Shown here: piece by piece, positions 1-10,505 of the stretch
How positions within the stretch are numbered: the stretch's first letter is position 1
Layout: every line of letters begins with the position of its first letter
NCBI RefSeq assembly: GCF_006345805.1
Contig: NC_043000.1
Location: 107,012,001-107,076,000, forward strand
Length of the DNA stretch: 64,000 nt
Direction: 5' to 3'
From: Octopus sinensis
Lineage: Eukaryota
The notes under the pieces: generated by a model
Database searches by the model: none
The model's input: only the letters and a program-made list of their open reading frames with translations
What the model was told of the DNA's origin: nothing
Made by a program: the position numbers and the translations under genes

Positions 1-48
<48 letters not shown>

Positions 49-90
49 GTGTGTGGTGTGTGTGTGTGTGTTGTGTGTGTGTGTGGTGTC

Positions 91-126
<36 letters not shown>

Positions 127-160
127 TATATATATATATACACGCACATACGAACATACA
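1..160. repeat. (TA)n/(TG)n compound microsatellite
   Basis: Dinucleotide runs seen directly. Confidence 0.95.
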
Positions 161-308
161 CACACGCATACATATGGGTAAATGAACGTATGTATGTATA
201 ACTCAATACACATTTAGTCCAGATTGTTCAATCTAAAGACAAATCTGTTTTTCCCGTTAATATATGTATTATTTCACCTGTATAAAATTACCCGTCTCCC
301 TCTCTCTT

Positions 309-352
<44 letters not shown>

Positions 353-354
353 CA

Positions 355-396
<42 letters not shown>

Positions 397-604
397 CTCT
401 TTTACTCTTTTATTTGTTTCTGTCATTTGACTGTGGCCATGCTGGAGCACCGCCTTTAGTCGAGAAAATCGACCCCAGAACTTATTTGTAAGCCTAGTAC
501 TTATTCTATCGGTGTCTTTAGCCGAACAGCTAAGATACGGGGACGTAAACATACCAGCAACTGTTGTCAAAGAATGTTGGGAGGGGACAAACACAAAGGC
601 ACAA
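397..604 (-). mobile_element. SINE-A, 3' half only
   Basis: Reverse complement of the family 3' module (...ggcggtgctccagcatggcc.cagtcaaatgac.gaaacaa.taaaagagtaaaagag); breaks where the internal microsatellite would begin. Confidence 0.9.
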
Positions 605-606
605 AC

Positions 607-764
607 GTGGCTGTGTGGTATGTAGCTTGCTTACCAACCACATGGTTCCGGGTTCAGTCCCACTGCGTGGGACCTTGGGCAAGTGTCTTCTGCTATAGCC
701 TCGGGCCGACCAAAGCCTTGTGAGTGGATTTGGTAGACAGAAACTGAAAGAAGCCCGCCATATA

Positions 765-819
<55 letters not shown>

Positions 820-1037
820 GTGTGTATGTTTGTGTGTCTGTGTTTGTCCCCCTAGCATTGCTTGACAACTGATGTTGATGTGTTTACGTCCCCGTAACTT
901 AGCAGTTCGGCAAAAGAAACCGATAGAATAAGTACTAGGCTTACAAAGAATAAGTCCTGGGGTCGATTTGCTCAACTAAAGGCGGTGCTCCAGCATGGCC
1001 GCAGTCAAATGACTGAAACAAGTAAAAGAGTAAAAGA
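607..1037 (+). mobile_element. SINE-A (tRNA-derived, internal microsatellite), near full length
   Basis: A-box-like TGGCTGTGTGG, B-box-like GGTTCAGTCC, accttgggcaagt junction, internal (TA)n/(TG)n, 8-nt (GAGTAAAA)n tail; more than 10 copies in the window. Confidence 0.92.
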
Positions 1038-1839
1038 ATAACTCTTCTACAAATACGTTTCAGAGTGTATAAATGAAGAATATATAGGAATTTTATATAG
1101 AAGAAAAACGGTTGGCTAATATACATGTATACTGACACACATCATATATCTACAAAATAAAGCTTGAAATTTCGAAAAAATTGTGATCTTGTGTGCGTGC
1201 TCGCTGTTTTTTTCTTTTCACATCCAATTCTGATATAATCATAATTTAAACACTTTGGAAAGTATTTGTAGAAAATTTCATTTTAAAATATCTATTTCCC
1301 GAAAGTTATAAGGAAAGAAAACCGACCCTTGTGAATTTTCTGAAACTCATCCACCCACACACGGAGTTTTTTTTGGTTTTTTTTTCACAACAAATTCTGG
1401 AATAATTTAGTTTTTAACACTTTGCATATTTTTATCTGTCTGTTTGTGTGTGTGTGTGTATGTGTGTGTGTGTTGCGTGTGTGTGTGTGTGTACATGTAT
1501 GAATGTGTGTGCTTGTGCATGTATGAATGTGTGTGTGTGCATGTATGAATGTATGTACGTGTGTGTATGTATGTCATTATTCAGTTTATTTCAAGATTTC
1601 TTGCCAATAGAGAATGAGTCGGTTTCTAACCTAGATCCAAGATTCCTTCATTGGAATTTTAACATTAACAACAGGATATTTTTATTTGTATGTATGTATG
1701 TATGTATGTATGTATGTATGTATGTATGTATGTATGTATGTATGTGTGTATGTATGTATGTATGTGCAGATTTGTATGTTTTATGTATGTATTCTCATGC
1801 ATATAGTTACATATCTAGACATGCTCATATATATTTAGA

Positions 1840-2668
1840 TGATAAACTTATGGGAAGTTTCACAGATTATTACAGTTCCAGTGTTGGATTGGATCTGTAG
1901 TTTTCGAATTAGCTTTCTGGTTTTGAGAAGCCTAATTTCTCAAGACTGATATTTAGGCTGTGTGTTGCATATCTCAGGGCCCCAATAATTACAGGTATAA
2001 ACCAGAACTGATAAGCTGGATAGAGTAACTGCAAATTTCTCAATAGTTCAGCATAGGTGTTCTCTTTTTCACTGATCTCCAGCTTTGTGTTAACATCTGC
2101 TGGGCACCTAATTTCCACAACCGTGCAGTTTCTCTTCTCTATCCCAAATCATTATATCAGGTCTGTTCTGCTTACATTTTATTGAGGTCTTCATTTGTAC
2201 ATTCCACCAGTATTTCTTTTTTATTATGAGTGGTTATGGCTTCTACCTTATTGTGGGTTTTTATTTCTTTGTCCTCAGGATTATCCTTCCGACGGATTTC
2301 ATTATAGTGTGTCCTACCGACAACGTCATGTCTCATCGGTAAATAATACCGTGATGACATTCTCGGACAACTGCTTATGATGTGGATGATATCTTTAGTG
2401 TGAACTCTACAAAGTCTGCATCGGTTGTCACATATCACAGCTTTTACTGCATCTCTATTTCTTTCGATGCTTCGTGTTCCTGGATTGCAAACGCATACTC
2501 TTCAAAGTGGGAGGTAGTAATCCGGTTATTCGTCCACGATAAACTGCTTTGATGATCGATGTTACTATCACCACGGCGCTTTCTTGCAACATATCCATGC
2601 ATAGTCCTCTGCTCATATAGGCTCATCCTTTCATCTGATGGTATGTTGCGGTAGAGTCTTTCGACTGA
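1840..2668 (-). mobile_element. R4/Dong-type RLE non-LTR retrotransposon, decayed 3' coding fragment
   Basis: Frameshifted ORFs give MHGYVAR...AFAIQE, a CRLC-x-HIISSC...RHD zinc knuckle and EIRCPADVN...EKENTYAELL...FIPVIIGAL restriction-like endonuclease motifs. Confidence 0.8.
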
Positions 2669-2670
2669 TT

Positions 2671-2742
2671 TATGTATGTATGTATGTATGTATGTATGTA
2701 TGTATGTATGTATGTATGTATGTATGTATGTATGTATGTATG
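2671..2742. repeat. (TATG)n microsatellite
   Basis: Seen directly. Confidence 0.95.
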
Positions 2743-2744
2743 TG

Positions 2745-2915
2745 AGAGTCATTGTGTTTGTTGCCGACGCTTACTGTTCAGGTCCTTGCAAAAGAACCCA
2801 GTAAATTAAGTACCAAATTAGGAAAAAGTTCTGAAGTCAATTTAATCGACTAAACCCTTACAGACGATACCCCAGTATAACCACAATCCAGTGAATGAAA
2901 CTAGTTACATAATAA
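2745..2915 (+). mobile_element. Highly diverged SINE-A-related 3' module
   Basis: taagtacc...atcgactaa...ccccagtataaccaca.tcca.tgaatgaaac aligns loosely with the SINE-A tail. Confidence 0.5.
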
Positions 2916-3163
2916 AGAATAATATGTCAGCGTTTTCAACTAAAGATTTTACTACCTAGCTTCTGTCAAGTTCCATTTGTGTATTTTAATGTGCTGCAAT
3001 CGTTTCTTGTTGTAAATACATGGTGAAGGAACGAAACAATGATCTACAAGTCTGCAGAATTGAAATCCTCACTGATACGAAATCACAAGCCTTTCAAGCC
3101 ACAGATCAATCAGAATATACAAATTACAATGCAAACATGAATGTTGGAAACTTCATGACTCAC

Positions 3164-3230
3164 AGGACATGCAAATAGAATTCTTTCTCGTCCGTTAGCC
3201 TTGCATTTAGAATAATAGCCATCACAGTGG
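3164..3230 (-). CDS. Candidate 67-nt exon (phase 2 in, phase 0 out: HCDGYYSKCKANGRERILFACP), product unknown
   Basis: Pyrimidine tract with CCTAAT branch-like motif, weak AAG acceptor, GTGAGT donor at 3163-3158; unique sequence; two of three frames are open. Confidence 0.25.
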
Positions 3231-3480
3231 CTTACAATATATTGGAAACAAAATTAGGAAAATAATAGTATCCAATATAAAATGCAACAAAAAAAACATT
3301 AGATTAGCTATAAAAAATTTGTTTTCATATATTTATATATATCTGAATTACTGTCGAACAGACTATCGGACGTTGCTAAACACCAGATGTTGTTAAACAC
3401 CATTCGTCCTAAAGCGCTTCTTCGTGTTGTGGTAGCTTTCGAATACTGACATTCCACTAGCTGGGCAAGCAGGCAAACAT

Positions 3481-3650
3481 TTCCCATGAACGAAGGCCAA
3501 TCCGTCGCAGGGTCACCTAATTACAGCCGAGTAGACGGAGCATTGTGAAATATAGTATTTTGTCCAAGAACACAATGCATTTCCGCTTTGGGAATCGGAA
3601 CAAAACTTTTTCCATTGTGAATGCAACGCCCTAACTACAAGGCTACGCAC
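3481..3650 (-). mobile_element. Diverged tRNA-derived SINE, third family (SINE-C)
   Basis: Minus strand reads gtgcgtagccttgtagttagggcg...gttccgattccc...gtgttcttggacaaaatact...accctgcgacggattggc; related copy at ~20920-21090. Confidence 0.6.
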
Positions 3651-3673
3651 CATTTGAAATATTTATAAATATA

Positions 3674-4959
3674 CGAGGGACGTTCAATAAGTAATGCCTC
3701 TGACCTACTTGCATTTGTTTGATCGAGCTGAAATTTTGCATGTGCAATTATTTATATCTCTATAAATTAAGTGGCAAATTACAGCTCTGAAATAATTGTG
3801 GTTTCTGATTTACAGGTGTTTGAACTGAGTCAAGTGTGAAATGGAGCCTGTTGAGTGGCGAGCAGTGATCCGGTTTTTGTATTTGAAAGGACGCACACCA
3901 CGGAAGACTTTTGATGAAATGAAAGTAACTTATGGTGATGATGACCCATCACATGACCTTGTAAAACCCTGGCATAGTGAATTCAAACATGGTCGGAACT
4001 CTGTGGAAACAGCTCCCAGATCTGGTCACCCCCTTCTGCCATTGATGAGGCATCTGTCCGTCAAGTTGAGGCTGCCATTTTGGAAGATCGACGCATAACT
4101 ATTCGCCAAATAGCCCATGAGGTCAAGATTAATACCGGGTCTGTGGAAACTATCATTCATGACCATCTGCACATGCAAACGGTGTCTACCAAATGGATTC
4201 CCAGGCTGCTCACACCTTTCCAGAAGCAAGAACGCGTCGAGGGCTCGAAGATGAATTTGGAGATGTGCCAAGAAGATGAGTCAAAATTTTTCAAAAGTCT
4301 GATTACACAGGATGAAACCTGGGTCCATCACTATGATCCAGAGACCAAAGCCCAGTCAATGCAGTGGAAGCACCGTGACTCACCTCCTCCAAAGAAGGCA
4401 AGGGTGCAGCCTCCGCTGGTAAGATCATGCTCACAGTCTTCTGGGACCAGGACGGAGTAGTGATGACAGATTCCTGGCAAAGGGTACCACAATTACAGGA
4501 GCCTATTATGCTTCACTTTTGAGGAAATTAAGAGAAGCTATCAAAATCAAGAGGCGAGGCAAGATCAACAAAGGCATCCTCCTGCTGCAGGACAACGCTC
4601 CGGTCCACAACTCGCGTGTCACAGATCAGAAGCACAGGCGCGGCTATGAACTCCTCCCCCATCCCCCTACTCTCCTGACCTTGCACCCTCTGATTTTCAC
4701 CTCTTCCCAGCCATGAAGTTGTTTTTGAAAGGAAAGCGTTTCCCAGATGATGCAGCCTTGATTTCTGAAGTCACGTCGTGGTTGGAGGACCAAGCTGGGG
4801 TCTTCTACAAAAACGGTCTCCAGAGCTGCATCAAACGATGGGAGAAATGCGTAACTCTGGGTGGTTCCTATGTAGAAAAAGACTAATAACTGTGCCAAAT
4901 TTCATTGCTCTACTGCTATGGGAAGTTGGTCAGGGGCATTACTTATTGAACGCCCCTCG
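3674..4959 (+). mobile_element. Full-length mariner (1286 bp), irritans/Hsmar2-like TIR, frameshifted transposase
   Basis: 32-bp TIRs with 2 mismatches (cgagggacgttcaataagtaatgcctctgacc), TA on both sides (3672-73, 4960-61); ATG 3841; motifs ITQDETW, LLQDNAPVH, YSPDLAPSDF across frames. Confidence 0.95.
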
Positions 4960-5000
4960 TATACTCAACATTTATATTTAAATAATCTCTATATATATAT

Positions 5001-5164
5001 CAGGCGTAGGAATGGTTGTGTGGTAAGTAGCTTGCTTACCAACCACATGGTTCCAGGTTCAGTCCCACTGCGTGGCACCTTGGGCAAGTGTCTTCTACTA
5101 TAGCCTCGGGCTGACCAAAGCCTTGTGAGTGGATTTGGTAGACGGAAACTGAAAGAAGCCCGTC

Positions 5165-5212
<48 letters not shown>

Positions 5213-5466
5213 GTATGTGTGTATGTGTGTGTGTATGTAGATGTTTGTGTGTCTCTGTTTTTCCCCCCAAGTGTGTGTGTGTATATATGTTTGTGTTTGT
5301 CCCCCCAACATCGCTTGACAACTGATGCTGGTGTGTTTACGTCCCCGTAACTTAGCGGTTCGGCAAAAGAGACCGATAGAATAAGTACTAGGCTTACAAA
5401 GAATAAGTCCTGGGGTCGATTTGCTCGACTAAAGGCGGTTCTCCAGCATGGCCACAGTCAAATGAC
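5001..5466 (+). mobile_element. SINE-A, tail truncated
   Basis: Family consensus from caggcgtagg to cagtcaaatgac; the terminal tgaaacaagtaaaagag is missing and a MITE follows. Confidence 0.92.
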
Positions 5467-5471
5467 AATTA

Positions 5472-5801
5472 CAATGTTATTATCAGTCCGAACTGGGGAA
5501 CAAGCTACTCCCTGCGTTTTGGTATGGAGAATATATCTCGCTTGTTGACAAGTGGTGTGCATACACTTAGATCAACTCGCAGCGCCACCTACCTAAGCTG
5601 TGAGATGTTGACATTTCGGAGTAGTTGTCTCCTCATCGGTCACAGACGACACTGATGCTTTTCCAGTCAGCGTACGGTGATCTAGGTGTACACACGCCAT
5701 TTGTCAACAAACGAGATATATTCTCCGTAACAAAACGCAGTGAGTAGCTTTTTCCCCAGTTCGAACGTGCATCAAGTATATTCGGACTGATAATAACACT
5801 G
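5472..5801. mobile_element. 330-bp MITE with 103/124-bp terminal inverted repeats
   Basis: Arms 5472-5574 and 5678-5801 pair; ends CA(A/G)TG with TA left and CA right, Tc1/pogo-like. Confidence 0.75.
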
Positions 5802-5843
5802 CAATTTCATTTATCACTGCTTAGCGCTCCACTCCGTAATGTA

Positions 5844-5894
<51 letters not shown>

Positions 5895-5991
5895 ATATAT
5901 GTCTTGCAAACAACTTGCACATGCAAGTGCTACCAGTTCAAATCTCCGATAATACTAATATATATATATTATATATATATATATATATATA

Positions 5992-6397
5992 ATTACATTA
6001 TATAAAAGGGCTTAGTAAAATAAATTACTTGCCGCATACTGAACTCATTAGAAATAGCAGCCAAAGAAAACTTTTTTAAACTATTTCTAATACTTAAAGA
6101 AAACCTCTCTCATATAGTGTTTGCTCAATTCAACTCACGCAAATATGGGGGTAGAGAATTAAAAAATCAAGTGCAAGGTTATTTGAGAACGTACGTTTCA
6201 AGATTAGTCAACACGACATTTCTATCATCAGCTCAGAACTCCCTGGGTTGGATTTGAAAACACTGAAAGTGGGAGCATACCCTTTCGGCTTCTTTAAGTA
6301 TTAGAAATAGTTTTAAAAGTTTTCTTGGCTGCTATTTCTAATGAGTTCAGTATGCGGCAAAGTATTTATTTTACTAAGCCCTTTTATATAATGTAAT
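5992..6397. mobile_element. ~406-bp long-TIR foldback/MITE-like element
   Basis: Arms 5992-6101 and 6290-6397 are near-perfect inverted repeats (attacattatataaaagggcttagtaaaataaa...); no TSD discerned. Confidence 0.75.
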
Positions 6398-6957
6398 AAT
6401 TTGAATTCGCCTTAAATGGTCCCTTTGCATACTGAAACTTGGTGAAATGTGATTAATTAATTAATTTTACCCTCAATTGTGAAATATATATATAATATAT
6501 ATCAACAATCAAGGAACGGCCATGATGGCCATTCACCCACTAGAATAATAACAGCCAAAGCTTCAACCGCAAATAAAGATTAATTCCGTAAAAGGAGAAA
6601 ATTTAAAAAACATTTACCCTGTAATTTCTTGTACGATGCACCGTTTCATCTGCTGTTTAATGGTAAACAACCTGATTAAATTAAATCAGCCAATCTTCCA
6701 TAGGCCCTCAGATTCTTCAGCAAGAAATAGCCAAGTCGGGGAACAGATATTTTCACGAGGCATTTCAAACCCTGCCACGGTAATATCTGACCTAAAATTT
6801 TCAAATCGTCGCACTCGCGCCAAATTTATCGGCAGCAAATAATAGAAGCCGTCGATTCCATTACGGAATAACCCGAAAAAAATTCATAAAATCAATATAG
6901 GGTGGCAGAAAAAATTTTGTAGAATTCTTTTGCCACCAGCTTTTTATATATATATAT

Positions 6958-6995
<38 letters not shown>

Positions 6996-7158
6996 TGTAT
7001 GTATGTATGGGTGTTATGGGTATGTATATATGTATGTATGTGTGTATGTACGTATGTATGTATGCATGCATGCATGCATGTATGTATGTGTGTGTGTATG
7101 TATGTATCTATGTATCTATGTATCTATGTATCTATGTATGTATTGCCTCGATATACGA

Positions 7159-7527
7159 TTTAGCCAATAAAAACACACGCACTATATATTTGGTGTTTTT
7201 TTGCTTCAGTGTTATTTATTTTTTACATTAATCTTAATCTTATTTCGGCCAGAGAGTTCTTTCGTCACACTCCTGTGACCGCATCAGTGGTCCTTTGTTT
7301 TCTTCTTTCTTATTTGTGACGGTTAATAATAAGGAGAGACACAAATAAGAAAAGAGAAAACAAAGGACCACTGATGCGGTCACAGGAGTGTGACGAAAGA
7401 ACTCTGGCCGAAATAAGATTAAGATTAATGTAATAAAAAATAAAGAACACTGAAGCAAAATAACACCAAATATATAGTGCGTGTGTTTTTATTGGCTAAA
7501 CTGGCAAAATAACCATTCCGAAATATA
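7159..7527. repeat. Near-perfect palindrome: ~160-bp arms, 21-nt loop
   Basis: 7159-7318 pairs with 7340-7500; right arm extends to 7527 with a family terminal motif. Confidence 0.9.
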
Positions 7528-7587
7528 ACAATATCTGTTTCAAACACACGACTTCACATAAAATCTCTTGCACAACAAATATATAAC

Positions 7588-7625
<38 letters not shown>

Positions 7626-7693
7626 ATATATATATAATGTTTATGAATTTGTTTTGCCAGATTCTTGTTATGAAATCGTGTGTTGAAACATGT

Positions 7694-7909
7694 TATATTT
7701 CGGGATGATCACTTTTATTCCTTGCCAAACTAAACAGAACAGGAGGAGACATGTCAGATAGAAGGATCGGTGAAGAGGTCACAGGTGTGTGAGGAAAGAT
7801 TTTCAGACAATGGAGATAAGATGAAATAAGAACAAAAATAAACGAGTGAAAAACGAATATATAGTGCGTGTTTATTTGGCAAGAAAAAACATGACGATCC
7901 TGAAATATA
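7694..7909. repeat. Older degenerate member of the same palindromic family
   Basis: tatatttcgggatg...cttgccaaactaaac pairs imperfectly with gtttatttggcaag...cctgaaatata; shares aatatatagtgcgtgt with 7159-7527. Confidence 0.55.
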
Positions 7910-8480
7910 GCTATAGTATATAATGTATATATATAGGTGTGAATATTGGCGTTCCTTGACTAACCAACCGTATAATTTTCTTTTGTGATTTAAATTTCAA
8001 ACCAATAGCCAATCGAATTAATCTAAATTTTCTTTACCTAGTGGTCAGCATTTCTAAACTCATAGTTATTTCGATCTTGAAAGGATGGACTTGGTGCAAA
8101 CTTAACTGTATCTATTATTATTATTATTATTATTTTTATTATTGTTATTATTATTAATATTAATAGTAATTTTTATTAACTTTTATAGCTTTAGAATTTT
8201 ATGAACTGAACCATGGTTTTAATTATTATTTTTCATCTCCCTATGTGTTAGTTTTTTTAAAAAAACTATTAGCCAAATATGTATAATATCGGTACTTATT
8301 AATATTAAATATTACACTGATATATATTTTGTTTTATTTTGTTCTGTTTACCCCTTTATTGTACCAATGAGTATTTATTATATAAGTGTAGCATTATGAT
8401 GTATAAGTTTATATTTTACTTTTTATATTTTTATTTTATGTTATGGTTATAAAATTTTTCACAATTATAACAAATTTATT

Positions 8481-8596
8481 TAATTTCTGAAGAGGCCGTG
8501 GGGCATCCTTGTTAATGCCTCATTTATACCTGCCTTTATGGTTTAGAGGTTAAATGAGGTATGACTGCCCTCACTGCCGAAACAGCTGTCAGTTTT
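8481..8596 (+). ncRNA. Type I hammerhead ribozyme motif with long stem II (Penelope pLTR-like)
   Basis: CTGAAGA 8487-93; stem II GGC-cgtggggca...tgccctcact-GCC with nested helix atgcctcattta/taaatgaggtat; GAAAC-AGCT-GTC 8579-90; stem I is degenerate in this copy. Confidence 0.75.
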
Positions 8597-8934
8597 GATT
8601 TAATTGCATATATATTTGAAATTTTTTACTTATATCTCTTTATGTTTTACTATTACTGTATATCTCATTTTGTATAATGCCTTTACTCATAGTAATGGTG
8701 TATTAAAGTATTGATTCGGTATCATCGGATAGTTGATGTTTTATTGATTTAAGTTATGTTTCTCCATTCTCTAATTTTGTAGTATAACGTATTATATACA
8801 TTATATATGTTATATACATTATATATATTATATATACATAATATGTTATGTATATGTATATATAAATATATTATATATATAATGTATTATGTATATATGT
8901 ATATACATACATACTATATATATATATATATATA

Positions 8935-9037
8935 TTATCAGGTAGTAAACATCTTTTCGGCTAAGGCAAAAATATAGCTTTTATTTTTAAATAATATATA
9001 TAATATATGGATATATATATATATATATATATATATA

Positions 9038-9092
<55 letters not shown>

Positions 9093-9158
9093 TATATATA
9101 TATATATATTGGGTTGGCAACTAAGTTCCGCCGTTGTTTTAAATTAAAATTTTTTAAA
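8935..9158 (-). repeat. Inverted copy of the mariner right end plus its flank (partner 11708-11831)
   Basis: ttatcaggtagtaaacatc...(TA)n...ttgggttggcaactaagttccgccgttgttttaaattaaa matches the reverse complement of 11708-11831. Confidence 0.85.
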
Positions 9159-9396
9159 TGATTTAATAAAAAATTTTTTTTTTTTTTTGCCTAATAGTGG
9201 TTTTATCTCTAATTTAAAATAATATATATATATATATAATATATATATTATACATTATATATTATATATGTATATATATCTTGTGTGTGTGTAAGCCCAA
9301 AATAAGCAGACCGATATAACAAACGTAAGCAACGAAAGTAAGAAAAAAGTTAACACTTAAACAAATTAATCCAGAACTGTTGATTTTATTACTTAC

Positions 9397-9423
9397 AAGA
9401 TCATTGCCATGATTCCTGGCAGT
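9397..9423 (-). CDS. Candidate 27-nt micro-exon (phase 2 reading LPGIMAMI), product unknown
   Basis: ttttgtcacatttctgtaatag| acceptor and |gtaagta donor in unique sequence. Confidence 0.3.
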
Positions 9424-9778
9424 CTATTACAGAAATGTGACAAAACTAATGCCAATGTAATAATTTCATTCTAGAGATGAGCTTGATAATGTTTTCCATA
9501 CGTTTATCGGTTTAGCAACGTTATTGTTATAGAATAAGCATAAAGAAGAGAATGTAAAAAAATAATACATAACATATATTTAGCTCGAACGCCAATACGT
9601 ATTTGATAAAGCGCAAAAACACACGCTCACACACACTTTCATACACGCGCACAAGCAAACATATATAGATTTATATATGTATATATATGTGTGTGTGTGT
9701 GTACATATATAAATATATACATATACATATATATACATATATATGCATATATATATAAGAAAATATATATATATAGGA

Positions 9779-9817
<39 letters not shown>

Positions 9818-9821
<4 letters not shown>

Positions 9822-10331
9822 CGTATTTTTGCCATTTCAATATGGCTAACCCCTAAGGGTGGATGCTACTGTAGTTTTTAGCCCCAGGAGGACACACTCC
9901 TCCAGCTGGCCATAGACACACTATCTGTGTCCTGTCAGTATTTGCAAAGGGAAGTCATCCTTCCGTCTTCAACTTATGATACACACGGACTCGAGGTTTT
10001 CGAGGTATTGACCTCTCGTCAGCGTGTGACAATCATAGTTGTCGCCGAGAATTAGATTTCCTTCGCAAATACTTATACTTTTCCAGCGCCCACTGTCGCT
10101 GATATTGAAAAAGGTGAAATCAAACAATGATAAATATCAAAGTGAGTTATATACAGTAGCGGTAACACATCGTGACGTAATTTTGCCATTTCAATATGGC
10201 TAACCCCTAAGGGTTGATGCTACTGTAGTTTTTAGCCCCAGGAGGACACACTCCTCCAGCTGGCCATAGACACACTATCTGTGTCCTGTCAGTATTTGCA
10301 AAGGGAAGTCATCCTTCCCGTCTTCAACTTA

Positions 10332-10336
<5 letters not shown>
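9818..10336 (-). mobile_element. Retrozyme-like non-autonomous element: 354-nt period, ~1.5 units, in (TA)n
   Basis: 164/165-nt direct repeats 9818-9981 and 10172-10336 (2 substitutions, 1 indel), HHR at the unit junction, (TA)n on both flanks, no ORF, no PBS/PPT. Confidence 0.8.
9971..10040 (-). ncRNA. Extended type I hammerhead ribozyme
   Basis: AACUAUGAU-ugu-CACACG CUGACGA GAGG-UCAAUA-CCUC GAAA-ac-CUCGAG-UC^CGUGUG-u-AUCAUAAGUU; predicted cleavage between 9988 and 9987. Confidence 0.85.
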
Positions 10337-10412
<76 letters not shown>

Positions 10413-10451
10413 ATATATATATATACATATAATATATATTATATATAATAT

Positions 10452-10496
<45 letters not shown>

Positions 10497-10505
10497 AAAT
10501 ATATA

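Noticed and set aside
9819-10336. Direct repeats read as TG...CA LTRs of a TRIM
   Set aside because: No primer-binding site or polypurine tract on either strand; the hammerhead/tandem-unit reading explains the boundaries better.
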